Positions 8,148-17,581 of a stretch of 64,000 bases of DNA are shown in pieces. Position numbers and translations under genes: made by a program. The stretch is taken from positions 89,936 to 153,935 of the forward strand of contig DIVA01000052.1 of NCBI GenBank assembly GCA_002435705.1, given 5' to 3'. Numbering within the stretch: the first letter of the stretch is position 1; every line of letters begins with the position of its first letter. A model generated the notes under the pieces. The model searched no databases. It was given only the letters and a program-made list of their open reading frames with translations, and was not told the DNA's origin. Source of the stretch: Bacteriovoracaceae bacterium UBA6144. Its GTDB lineage: Bacteria > Bdellovibrionota > Bacteriovoracia > Bacteriovoracales > Bacteriovoracaceae.

Positions 8148-10486
8148 GGGCTCACCTCATGCAGTTTTATAAAGGCATCGGTATCATAGCGATAAAAAAC
8201 ACCTTCTGAGGCATTGAAACACATCAAATTAATCCAACTACCTTTGAACCAGCGGCTTAAGGCGACATTGCGCTTTAAGATTGTTTGTAAAATAGAGGGG
8301 TCTTGCTCGATCAAAAAAGTGATCCGTAAGGGGTCATGCAGCTCGACCATCTGGGAGGCAAGGCCCGTGAGAAGATCATCCTCGGTTCCGTTACTCAGAC
8401 CGATGAGTCCCACGATGTTGTGAGAGAGTTTGGAGCCGGCGCCGATGGAGAGGTTGTTTTGGCGAGAAAAATAGTAATCGAGGCTAATACCTCCACAGAC
8501 GGGCACGATGTTATTGAGGATGGCCTCAAGTCGCTCGCCTGACTCATCCCTTAGAGGTGAATAGGATTGCAGAAAGGAGCGACGGTTAAAAGAAAAGTTT
8601 TTACTCATCTGCCGATCACCCACCACACACAGAGCGTTGTTGGTGTGACCCAGCTCTGGTCTGGGCTCAAAGATCGATTGCGCACGCAGCTTCAACTCAT
8701 CCAGCGCTTCACTGGGATCTACCAAGTGAGAGGTCTTTTCAAAATCTCTCACTCGCTCTAGGGCACTCATGGAGAGGGCCGCTTCCAGAGTCGAAAGCAA
8801 AGTCTGTGGCAGCGACTCTCTAAGGGCGTAGAGGGTGAGCTCTTCCTTGGTGGTGTCGTGCAAGCAGGCAATGGCTTTTGTGCTCTTTGGAACATCAATG
8901 TGATGATTAAGCTTCAGCAGCTCGCGGACTTTTAAGTTATTAAACATCTGGGCAAAAATCTGCGCATTCACTCCACCGGAGCGACCGGAGCAAGCTCCAC
9001 AACCGTAAGCGGTGAAGTAGGGATTATTGGTCGTGGTGGAGAAGTGGCCAAGAATTAAGAGGTGATCGGCAAAGTTATCCGTGAGGCTGATGGAGGAGAG
9101 AGTGGCGGCGATGCGTTCGGCGGCCTGGACTTCGGTGTAGGATTTTTCACCTTCAAGGAAGAGGTTTGTTTCAATCGTGGGCTTGCACTGCACACGCAGA
9201 TTTGTGGCCTGAGGGAAAATGATATCAGTGAAAAATTTGGGTAAACTCAGAAGCGTGTTTTGGATGTCATGACTGAGACCAGATTTTTTAGATTTGTGAT
9301 GATGAAACCAGGAGAAGCTGAGTTTGTTTTGCTCGTGTTTGTTTTGGGTCAGTTCAAACTTGGCGCTCAGGGGAGCGGGACAGCTTTTAATGGGGAAGCT
9401 CTCATGGGTTTTTTTATAATAGAAATCTAGACCAAAGTGCCCCGGGGTACCGTAGGTCTCAATCTGGGGATCGAGGCTTTCAATATTTCGTCTCAAGAGG
9501 CATTCTCGGTCATCGATGCAGAAGAGGGCTTGGTATTTTGCCTGGGATTTGGCTTTTACTTTCTCAAGGTGAGTCTTAAAGCTTGCGATAGTTTTATTCT
9601 GATAACTTTCCTCATAAGCGATCTGCCACACTTTATGCTTCAGAAATTCCTTTGAACTTAAGACAGGCATGGTGCTCTTCTCTGCCTGTTGACCGAGAGG
9701 AATAATCTTAGGGGCCAGCTCTTTGATCCATGAATACTCAATCAAAATCCGTAGCGCCACCATATCAATGAGATGCAGTTTGCGTGCATGAATCAGAAGC
9801 AGAGGGTTTTGCTCCAAGGTCTTGATCAATGAAGCCCAGCCTCGAGTGCTATAGACGCACTCCTTGATGTATTCAGCTCTGTTTTGCTCTGATTCGAACA
9901 TCTGCGCAGTGATGACATCGATGAGTTCACTGGCACTCAGATGCCGAACACTCTTGAGCCATGATTTCTTAATGGGATAAAGTGGTATAAAACTCTCCAA
10001 TTGTACTGCAATGAAATTCTCCAGCACAGGCAGGTGTGAATCGGGGATGATGTCTAAAGCAATCCCCTGATCCGTGTAACTAGATAGATAGCGGATTAGA
10101 ATCGGTTCGGTCAGATCATTCAGGGAGTGTTTAATTTTTTCATTCAAAACTTGGTGCAGAGGTCTAAACGTTTTTTCAGAGATCAAGGTAGATTTTGTTG
10201 CCGTAAAAAGATCCTCCCACTTGAGCCCTTCCCCATAACGGTGAACCACTTGTTCTAGGGCTCCTTGGGTGATCTCTCCTGCTTGATATTTCTGTTGATA
10301 GAAGTCCAAGGGAAGAAAAGGTGAGAAGCCTAGCTCAAGGCTTACGCTCTTCATGGCTTCCCAAAAGGATTGATCCATGAGTCCCGGAAACATGTTCAGA
10401 TGCAGGAACTGGTTGAGAGGCCTCAGATTGAGGAGATATTTTTCGGCATCTTTTATGATGGCACTAGTCTCTTTCATGGATGTCAC
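8144..10486 (-). CDS. dabA: DabA (DUF2309) inorganic carbon transporter subunit
   Basis: 780 aa. FCIDDRE (Cys323, Asp325) and HFSTTTNNPYFTAYGCGACSG (His480, Cys495; His-Cys spacing of 15) match the beta-CA-like Zn site described for DabA. Coupled to dabB. Confidence 0.8.
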   Translation of the reverse strand: MTSMKETSAIIKDAEKYLLNLRPLNQFLHLNMFPGLMDQSFWEAMKSVSLELGFSPFLPLDFYQQKYQAGEITQGALEQVVHRYGEGLKWEDLFTATKSTLISEKTFRPLHQVLNEKIKHSLNDLTEPILIRYLSSYTDQGIALDIIPDSHLPVLENFIAVQLESFIPLYPIKKSWLKSVRHLSASELIDVITAQMFESEQNRAEYIKECVYSTRGWASLIKTLEQNPLLLIHARKLHLIDMVALRILIEYSWIKELAPKIIPLGQQAEKSTMPVLSSKEFLKHKVWQIAYEESYQNKTIASFKTHLEKVKAKSQAKYQALFCIDDRECLLRRNIESLDPQIETYGTPGHFGLDFYYKKTHESFPIKSCPAPLSAKFELTQNKHEQNKLSFSWFHHHKSKKSGLSHDIQNTLLSLPKFFTDIIFPQATNLRVQCKPTIETNLFLEGEKSYTEVQAAERIAATLSSISLTDNFADHLLILGHFSTTTNNPYFTAYGCGACSGRSGGVNAQIFAQMFNNLKVRELLKLNHHIDVPKSTKAIACLHDTTKEELTLYALRESLPQTLLSTLEAALSMSALERVRDFEKTSHLVDPSEALDELKLRAQSIFEPRPELGHTNNALCVVGDRQMSKNFSFNRRSFLQSYSPLRDESGERLEAILNNIVPVCGGISLDYYFSRQNNLSIGAGSKLSHNIVGLIGLSNGTEDDLLTGLASQMVELHDPLRITFLIEQDPSILQTILKRNVALSRWFKGSWINLMCFNASEGVFYRYDTDAFIKLHEVSP

Positions 10487-11987
10487 CGATGATCACAAGG
10501 TTTGTCACAGAGTACTCTGCCTTGCTGTCTTCTAGCTTTTGGATGAACTGCCGAATAAGAATCTTGATTTCATGGTCAACTTTACGAGTAGAGGTCAGAT
10601 CAATCATGATGCGCTGGTACTCTTCCGGCACCAGATCCATCAGTTTCTTTTCGATAGATTTTTTTTGCAGAAAAGTCAGGTGAGAGCCGAAAGTAATCAC
10701 AAGGCGCTTTTCTTGTAAGTGGTGCTCAGTGTGAATCTTCATTTTTTGATTTTGGATGTAGTAATGATCCTTCAGGATAAAGATCACCGTCGACATCAAA
10801 CCAAGCCCCACACCTTTGAGGAGATCGAGAGACAGGATGGCGATGATGGTGATCAGAAAGGGAGCAAATTCTTCAAGGCCATGGCGCCACATGGATTTAA
10901 ACTTCCTCGGATGCGCTAGATTAAAACCGGTGAAGATAAGAATAGTGGCGAGAACAGCGAGTGGAATCTTATCAATCAAATGGGGGATGAGCACGATGGC
11001 CGCAAGCAGCAGCATGCCATGGAGGATGGCAGAGTATTTTGAGCGAGCACCTGATTCATAATTGGCGGAGGTGCGCACGATCACTGATGTGATGGCAAGG
11101 CCTCCCAAAAGACCAGAGATGGTGTTGCCCACTCCTTGTGCGAGTAGTTCGCGATCTCGATTTGTTTTACTCAGAGTGCTATCAAGATTATCTGTGGCTT
11201 CAATACAAAGCAGCGTTTCAATGCTCGCCACGGCGGCAAGGATGAAACCATATTTTAGGATCGTGGGGTCTAAGAAGAGTGAGAGCTTTGAGACACTGAA
11301 TTGTTGAAAGGGAGTGTAGCTTGCAACCAACTCCGAGATGTGCACGTAGTCTTCGTAGAAGAGGTGCATGGGAGTGGATTCAATAAGAAAGGCGATGGTT
11401 GAGCTGGTAAGAACCAGAAAGAGCGGAAAGGGCAGATATTTGAAAAAAGCGTCTTTGAGCAGAATTTTTGAACGATAGAGAGCAAAAATAATAAAAGAGA
11501 AAGCTCCGATAAAGAGTGCCCCCCAGTGCGCTTTATTGGAGAGACTAAAGACTTCTTTAAGATCCATATAGTTTTGTGAACCAAAGAGATAGGGGAGCTG
11601 CTTTATAATAAGTAAGATTCCAATCGCTGCCATCATACCTTCGATGACGGAGCTGGGAAGAAAGTCCGTCAGCTTCGCGGCTTTAAGAAAGGAGAGAATG
11701 ACCTGAATGATTCCTGCTAGAATGATGGCGTAAGTGAAATGTTCAAAACTGCCAACGTCGATGATCCCTTGGAAAATGATTGCACTAAGACCTGCCGCAG
11801 GTCCGCTGACTGACAAGGGAGAGTCGCTGATTAATCCCACCACAACCCCACCGATAATTCCTGCAATCAAGCCGGCAATAAGCGGGGCGTTTGAGGCGAG
11901 AGCAATGCCAAGGCATAAAGGCGTTGCAATGAGGGCCACGATCAGACCCGACTTGAGGTTTTGTCCCAAGGTATTTGTTGAGCTCAT
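10464..11987 (-). CDS. SulP-family anion transporter with C-terminal STAS domain (BicA-like candidate bicarbonate transporter)
   Basis: 507 aa. Multi-TM SulP core (GLIAGIIGGVVVGLISDSPLSVSGPAAG; RELLAQGVGNTISGLLGGLAITSVIVRTSAN) plus a soluble C-terminal STAS-like domain. Its 3' end overlaps the dabA start. Confidence 0.8.
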   Translation of the reverse strand: MSSTNTLGQNLKSGLIVALIATPLCLGIALASNAPLIAGLIAGIIGGVVVGLISDSPLSVSGPAAGLSAIIFQGIIDVGSFEHFTYAIILAGIIQVILSFLKAAKLTDFLPSSVIEGMMAAIGILLIIKQLPYLFGSQNYMDLKEVFSLSNKAHWGALFIGAFSFIIFALYRSKILLKDAFFKYLPFPLFLVLTSSTIAFLIESTPMHLFYEDYVHISELVASYTPFQQFSVSKLSLFLDPTILKYGFILAAVASIETLLCIEATDNLDSTLSKTNRDRELLAQGVGNTISGLLGGLAITSVIVRTSANYESGARSKYSAILHGMLLLAAIVLIPHLIDKIPLAVLATILIFTGFNLAHPRKFKSMWRHGLEEFAPFLITIIAILSLDLLKGVGLGLMSTVIFILKDHYYIQNQKMKIHTEHHLQEKRLVITFGSHLTFLQKKSIEKKLMDLVPEEYQRIMIDLTSTRKVDHEIKILIRQFIQKLEDSKAEYSVTNLVIIGDIHERD

Positions 11988-12021
11988 TTGTCTTCCTTTA
12001 GCTATTTAGGATTGGGTCAAA

Positions 12022-12300
12022 CTAAGAAAGGCAGTAAGGGGGGGGAAGATTGATATGCTGATTATACTCCAGACTACGGTCAATCCGCAGGGGAGCTATG
12101 AGAAAAGATTGAATGATGACCAAAAAAAAGCTTTCGCTCTTTGGCGTTGGGATCAGAGGAGAAGGGATTAAACCTTCAGGCACTGGACTCACTTCGCTAC
12201 TAGTGGTCTCGTGTAACTGAAAATCTCTGGCCTGAGGCAGGTCAAGGCTGAAGCTTACGAAGAGCAGGATGAGGATAATGAATCGACTCATAAAGCCCAT
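12022..12300 (-). CDS. small secreted hypothetical protein
   Basis: 92-aa ORF with an N-terminal hydrophobic signal (FIILILLFVSFSL), directly upstream of sulP on the same strand. No recognisable family. Confidence 0.3.
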   Translation of the reverse strand: MGFMSRFIILILLFVSFSLDLPQARDFQLHETTSSEVSPVPEGLIPSPLIPTPKSESFFLVIIQSFLIAPLRIDRSLEYNQHINLPPPYCLS

Positions 12301-12413
12301 TATAATTGGGGGAGTCTAGAGAAAGATAGATAAATTTTTATTAATAAAAAAGCTCTTAATTATCATGAAAGTTAATAATAATTAATTAAGATTTTCTGCT
12401 AATATACTGAATT

Positions 12414-12956
12414 ATGAAAACAACTCTATTTGTTATTCTCCTATCTTTTTCTTCATCTTTTTTTGGGCAAAGTTTTGCGCAAAGCTTTGAGCAGGAAGCA
12501 GCCCTGCTCTCCAAAGATCTCAAGCAAAATCTGGTGAAAAATCTCACGGATAAAATGCAACAAGACGGAACCATTCCTGCGCTGGAGTTTTGCCACATTA
12601 ATGTGTCGGCCCTGGCTAAGACAGCAGCGGGAGAGCGGATGGCCAATCTTGAATTCGGTCGTACCTCCCATAAGGTTCGTAATCCTAAAAATGCAGCGGC
12701 GGAGTGGATGCTTCCGTATCTGGACCAGTTTAAAGTCACCAACATCAAGTCACCTGCTAAGCCGGTTGTGCACCAGTTTAAGGATGGGAAAAAAGCCTAC
12801 CTGGATCCTCTCTACGTAGGGCCTCAGTGCATGACTTGCCACGGCTCTCCCGCAAAAGAGTTGAGTGCAAAAGTCATGGCCCTCTACCCGGAGGACAAAG
12901 CAGTGGGCTTTAAGCTTGGTGAGTTTCGTGGAATGATTTGGATCAAAGAGAAATAA
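12414..12956 (+). CDS. DUF3365 (Tll0287-like) c-type heme-binding periplasmic protein
   Basis: Signal peptide, single CxxCH motif (CMTCHG), C-terminal GFKLGEFRGMIWI typical of DUF3365. Confidence 0.65.
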   Translation: MKTTLFVILLSFSSSFFGQSFAQSFEQEAALLSKDLKQNLVKNLTDKMQQDGTIPALEFCHINVSALAKTAAGERMANLEFGRTSHKVRNPKNAAAEWMLPYLDQFKVTNIKSPAKPVVHQFKDGKKAYLDPLYVGPQCMTCHGSPAKELSAKVMALYPEDKAVGFKLGEFRGMIWIKEK

Positions 12957-12957
12957 C

Positions 12958-14694
12958 TTAGAGCTCTTCGGCGAAGACCTTCTCGGTGATCTTCCAGAAT
13001 TTTTCTTGCTTACGGGCAATGACAAAAGCGGGCAGTCTTAGAAATTTTTGAATTTTGATTAGATCTGAAGGTGTCTGGATTTGTGTCTTCAACTCCGGAC
13101 GCTTGAGATGCGAGCGCAGAAAATTAATATTGAATTTTTTTAAACTCTGCGGGTTTGAAAAGAAATGCGCTTCAGACAGGTATTGAGCGTCGGCATCGTA
13201 GTAGCGCACTTCCAGATAGGGATTTCCATTTTTATCACTCCGTTCATTGAAAGTGATGTCAGCCGGCGTGAGGACGTGCGCGTTTTTTGATAGCTTGGCT
13301 TGCTTGAGTTTCGAGTCCGCATCAATCAGAGCAACCTGACATCTTTCGCAAGTTTTCGCACTCAAGTCATTCTCAGCTTCACAGGCGTGACAGAGTTTAA
13401 AGCGAAAGCGAAATCCGCAGGGAACTGTCTTATAGGTTTGGGGATTGAGTTTTCCTCCACGGCATTTGCGGCCATAGTGTTCGATCACATCTCCTTCAAA
13501 ATCTACCAGTCCCCAGAAGTCGTTGGGAAAGCCACACTCGGGGCAGTGAATGGTCACGGGGACAGATTCTTTAGAAGGTTTTTTATCAGAAATTTCAGGC
13601 TTGAAGATATCATGGCCCATGCCGGTGTAGTCGAGCACGAAGCAGTCACTCTTTCCAGGATCGAGCCTGAGGCCTCGGCCGATGATCTGCTGATACAAAC
13701 TGTTGGATTCCGTGGGTCTTAAGATGGCAATCACATCCACGTGAGGGGCATCAAATCCTGTGGTGAGTACAGAAACGTTCACGAGGTATTTAAACTTTTT
13801 CAGTTTGAATTCTTGGATAATAAGATCGCGCTCTTTAAGATCCGTTTCACCGATGACGAGTCTGGCCTGTGACTCTGGGAGATAACTCAGTATTTCTTGG
13901 GCGTGTTGGACCGTGCTACTGAAAATCATCACCCCCTTCCGTTCAAAACGCTCGGTGATGTCGATGATGTTTTTTACGATCAAAGGAGTCAGGCGCTTTT
14001 GATTCTTGAGCAGCTCTTCGACTTCACTCATCGTGTACATGCGACCTTTTTCAGTCAGTTCACTAAAATCATAACAGGTCACAGGGATGTCGACCTTAAC
14101 CGGTTGGGTGAGGAATTTATTTTTTATCATAAAGCTCAAAGGCAACTCAAACACACACTGTTTGAAAAATTTTTTCTGTTCTGACTTACTCTCACCCTGA
14201 GGCCCCGTCTCATAGATCCAGCCCAGCCCAAGGCGGTAGGGAGTAGCGGTCAGTCCTAGGATACACAGATTGGGGTTATTCTCTTGCAGCTGGGTGATGA
14301 CTTCTTGGTATTGAGTATCCCCATCATCAGCGATGCGGTGACACTCGTCGATAATCACCAAGGAAAAATCTCTAAAAAAACTTTTATCGGCGCGTGCGAC
14401 GGATTGGATGCTCCCAAAGATGGCTTTCTGCGAATCATCTTTTTTATTTAATCCCGCAGAAAAGAGCCCAGCTGAAAATCCAAAGCTGGTGTATTTTTGA
14501 TGATTCTGTTCCACTAGTTCTTTGACGTGAGCGAGTACCAATACTCGGCCTCGGGCGATGCGTGCCAGCTCTGCGATGACAAGGCTTTTACCCGCACCGG
14601 TAGGAAGCACAATGAGTGCTGGCTCTCGTGAGCGTTTAAAATACTCTATCGCACGATCGACAGCTTCTTGTTGGTAGGGGCGCAGCTTATACAT
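12958..14694 (-). CDS. radD: SF2 DNA repair helicase RadD (YejH-like)
   Basis: The N-terminus [21 protein letters not shown]...[37 protein letters not shown] with DECHR box closely resembles E. coli RadD as I recall it. Cys-rich zinc-ribbon (CPECGF...CHACEAEN...CERC). 578 aa. Confidence 0.75.
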   Translation of the reverse strand: MYKLRPYQQEAVDRAIEYFKRSREPALIVLPTGAGKSLVIAELARIARGRVLVLAHVKELVEQNHQKYTSFGFSAGLFSAGLNKKDDSQKAIFGSIQSVARADKSFFRDFSLVIIDECHRIADDGDTQYQEVITQLQENNPNLCILGLTATPYRLGLGWIYETGPQGESKSEQKKFFKQCVFELPLSFMIKNKFLTQPVKVDIPVTCYDFSELTEKGRMYTMSEVEELLKNQKRLTPLIVKNIIDITERFERKGVMIFSSTVQHAQEILSYLPESQARLVIGETDLKERDLIIQEFKLKKFKYLVNVSVLTTGFDAPHVDVIAILRPTESNSLYQQIIGRGLRLDPGKSDCFVLDYTGMGHDIFKPEISDKKPSKESVPVTIHCPECGFPNDFWGLVDFEGDVIEHYGRKCRGGKLNPQTYKTVPCGFRFRFKLCHACEAENDLSAKTCERCQVALIDADSKLKQAKLSKNAHVLTPADITFNERSDKNGNPYLEVRYYDADAQYLSEAHFFSNPQSLKKFNINFLRSHLKRPELKTQIQTPSDLIKIQKFLRLPAFVIARKQEKFWKITEKVFAEEL

Positions 14695-14735
14695 GGCTTA
14701 AATTTTAGAAGATTGCTGGCATGATTGTATATGCC

Positions 14736-14960
14736 TTAAGCAGCTTTGGGATTAATCAAGCCTCGACGGATATCTCGCACACCAGGACCAAAGTCTTTGA
14801 TCGCCTGAAGCAGGGTCTTGCGATCAATCTGCAGTGAAGCTTCCCACTTTAAAAGCTCTTCCTCACTCGTAGGGTCAATTTTTGCTTGAGGAGGCTCTTT
14901 GTAGTAGGCCCCGGGGCTAAATCCATTACCGTTTCCAGCATCAATTTTAAAGCGACTCAT
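14736..14960 (-). CDS. small DUF3606-like protein
   Basis: 74-aa ORF. IDPTSEEELLKWEASLQIDRKTLLQAIKDFG resembles the DUF3606 consensus. Confidence 0.4.
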   Translation of the reverse strand: MSRFKIDAGNGNGFSPGAYYKEPPQAKIDPTSEEELLKWEASLQIDRKTLLQAIKDFGPGVRDIRRGLINPKAA

Positions 14961-15046
14961 GAGGAGGATTATACCATACCAAAAAGCTTCTACGAAGTTA
15001 GGCGGTGATAGATCACTTTCAGAGGAGAGTTTGACAAAATATAGTC

Positions 15047-16567
15047 ATGAAACGACTCATCTTTTTGGCACTTATGATTTCCTCAACTCTCTGGGCGCAA
15101 TCCCCTCAAGAGCACTACTTTTTAAAAGGCTTGCAAACGAGTGAAGAGCTCTTTGAGTTTTTAGTCTCTCATCCTTGTGAAATAGGCATGGATCGAAGTT
15201 GCGATAAACCCATGAGCGCTCGAGACCTGCTTCGCCTTAAAAAGATTCTCAGCAATCTTGAGGAGTGGAGACTCATCGCTTTTGATGGTTTTGTCCCGAT
15301 GTCTCATCTTGAAGTGGCCATGCCTTTTGAACTACAGTCTGGAGAGTTTTCGATTGTTGAGAAAAAAAGATTCAACTGGAGCCGCTTACAAACTGAAACC
15401 TGGCAATTGATCACATTAGGATCAGACACAGAGTCACAAAACTTCTTAACTCAAACCCAAATGGGAGTCTCAGTTAATCTTGTTTTGTACGACAGTTTTT
15501 TTCGTTTAACAGAAATTCTCAGTCAGGCTAAAAAACTTCGCTCCATCCTTGAGCGGGATCTTCCCTTTGAGGGAGCATGGCTTTCAAAAACCTTGAGTCT
15601 GGCATTGGATGAGGCGCGCTGGGAGAAAACTCGTTACTCCCTCAAGCTTCTCACTTCCCAAGTCAATCGAGAGAGATCTGTTTTTACTGATTACTCTCTT
15701 AAGTCTTTTACTGCTCAGCAGATGCAAGAAGGAAGACTTGATGCGCGTGTGAGACAGGTTATGTTTGTGAAGGGTCAGCTGGAGCAGTCGCAGTTTTTTG
15801 AAAAAATCTACAAACTGACAGGTGTGATCTCTAAAATATTTGGCAATACGGCGGGACTCTTTCAGTTCCGAGAAGGCAAACTTAAAAAGCTATCCAAGTC
15901 AGAACTTAACTCCATTCGTCGCACTCTCAGGCCCTTGAGTCTTGTGTTGGAAAAAACACCTTTTCGTCTCACGGACAAATTTATTCCTGGCTACTTTGGA
16001 CATGTGGCCATTTGGCTGGGAGAGCCTCAAGAACTCATGGGGTTGAAAATTTTGCATCGAGGCCGAGTAATTGATTTTCTTGCTCATCCTGATGTGACTC
16101 CGCATCTTGAGAAGTTATCTCAGGGCAAACTAGTTCTTGAGGCCCTCAGAATTCCTGGAGTCACACTCAATACACTCGAGCAATTTATGGATATTGATGA
16201 TCTTGTGGTCCTAGACCCTCCGCAGATGAGTCAAGAGAATCAAGCAGAGCTCTTGCTTCGTGCCTTTCAGCAAATTGGAAAGCCTTATGACTTCAATTTT
16301 AATGTAGAGAGTGAAAATGAAATCGTTTGCTCTGAACTCGTCTACACTGTTTATAGTGATAGAGAGTGGCCCACGGATAGAACCCTCGGTCGTTATACCA
16401 TTAGCCCAGACCATGTGGCCTGGAAGGCCGTAGAGGAGTGCTTTCAAATCAAACAGCTCTATCTCAATGGTGAGAAGATTCATGGCAACACTCTGCCTGA
16501 GTTAAAACGTGTGCTCCAAAGCAAAGAGGGCCTAGGCTATGAAGCGCGTGTGAGGTGCTTGTTCTAG
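15047..16567 (+). CDS. secreted protein with C-terminal YiiX/permuted-papain (NlpC/P60-like) domain
   Basis: Signal peptide MKRLIFLALMISSTLWA. C-terminal GYFGHVAIWLG ... KPYDFNF ... CSELVYTVY fits the permuted His/Cys arrangement of YiiX-type amidases. Confidence 0.45.
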   Translation: MKRLIFLALMISSTLWAQSPQEHYFLKGLQTSEELFEFLVSHPCEIGMDRSCDKPMSARDLLRLKKILSNLEEWRLIAFDGFVPMSHLEVAMPFELQSGEFSIVEKKRFNWSRLQTETWQLITLGSDTESQNFLTQTQMGVSVNLVLYDSFFRLTEILSQAKKLRSILERDLPFEGAWLSKTLSLALDEARWEKTRYSLKLLTSQVNRERSVFTDYSLKSFTAQQMQEGRLDARVRQVMFVKGQLEQSQFFEKIYKLTGVISKIFGNTAGLFQFREGKLKKLSKSELNSIRRTLRPLSLVLEKTPFRLTDKFIPGYFGHVAIWLGEPQELMGLKILHRGRVIDFLAHPDVTPHLEKLSQGKLVLEALRIPGVTLNTLEQFMDIDDLVVLDPPQMSQENQAELLLRAFQQIGKPYDFNFNVESENEIVCSELVYTVYSDREWPTDRTLGRYTISPDHVAWKAVEECFQIKQLYLNGEKIHGNTLPELKRVLQSKEGLGYEARVRCLF

Positions 16568-17526
16568 CTCATTTGAATGATCATTAAAAATAAGGGCATG
16601 CCTAGTGTGATGTTTAAAGGAAAAGTCACACCTAAAGCCATGGGGATATAGAGTCCCGGATCAGCTTCCGGGGCTGCTAGTCGCATGCTAGCCGGCACAG
16701 CGATGTACGATGCTGAAGCCGCTAAGATGGCAAACATGAACCTGTTGCCGACATCCAGTGTTATCCACTGGCTGGTATAGGCCACAATAACTCCATTCAG
16801 GAGAGGGACTAGCAAAGCAATCAGCACGCTGGCCTTACCATAGTCAAAGCAGCCTTTAATCCTTTTGGCCGTGATCATGCCCATTTCTAAAAGGAAGATG
16901 GCCAAGAATCCTTTAAAAATGTCATTGGTAAAAGGTTTAATGCCTTCAGCTTGTTTGGTGTCGGCAATAATGCCGATAATGAGACTGCCTACAATCATTA
17001 AGACTGATCCGTTGGTGAGTGAGTGAAAAACCACTGAGCCCAGAGATTCTTGGGTTGCTACATTTTTCTGATAGCGCTTCATGAGAGAGACGCCAACGAT
17101 GATGGCCGGTGCTTCCATAAAGGCCATCACCGCAACCATGTGGCCGCCGTATTCGATTTGACTGGCTTCTAGAAAATTTGCAGCAGACACAAAGGTGACC
17201 GCTGAAACCGATCCATAAGCAGCAGCGACGGCACCTGCGTTAGAGGGACCAAATTTTGGTAAAGCGAGGTAGAAAAGATAAAATGGAATCACGGCAGAGA
17301 TCACGAGAGCATAGAGGAGAGAGTAGATGATTTCTTGATTTATGCCACTGTGAGCTAGCTCCTGCCCTCCTTTAAATCCGATTGAAAAAAGAAGGTAAAG
17401 AGAGATAAACTTGACTGAAGGCTGAGGAATTTCCAGATCGCTTTTTACCAATGAGGCAATAATGCCCAAGAGGAAGAAGAGCAAAGTGGGATTTGTAATA
17501 TTTGAAATTAAAATGTCTGTATTCAT
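16564..17526 (-). CDS. SbtA-like sodium-dependent bicarbonate transport family permease (DUF897)
   Basis: 320-aa polytopic protein. The N-terminus PTLLFFLLGIIASLVKSDLEIPQPSVKFISLYLLFSIGFKGGQEL matches the Sbt_1 family consensus. Confidence 0.7.
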   Translation of the reverse strand: MNTDILISNITNPTLLFFLLGIIASLVKSDLEIPQPSVKFISLYLLFSIGFKGGQELAHSGINQEIIYSLLYALVISAVIPFYLFYLALPKFGPSNAGAVAAAYGSVSAVTFVSAANFLEASQIEYGGHMVAVMAFMEAPAIIVGVSLMKRYQKNVATQESLGSVVFHSLTNGSVLMIVGSLIIGIIADTKQAEGIKPFTNDIFKGFLAIFLLEMGMITAKRIKGCFDYGKASVLIALLVPLLNGVIVAYTSQWITLDVGNRFMFAILAASASYIAVPASMRLAAPEADPGLYIPMALGVTFPLNITLGMPLFLMIIQMS

Positions 17527-17581
17527 GCCGGCATTTTATGTTCATCCACTCTTTCTTGCCAATGGTTTTGGGAGCCCATGA

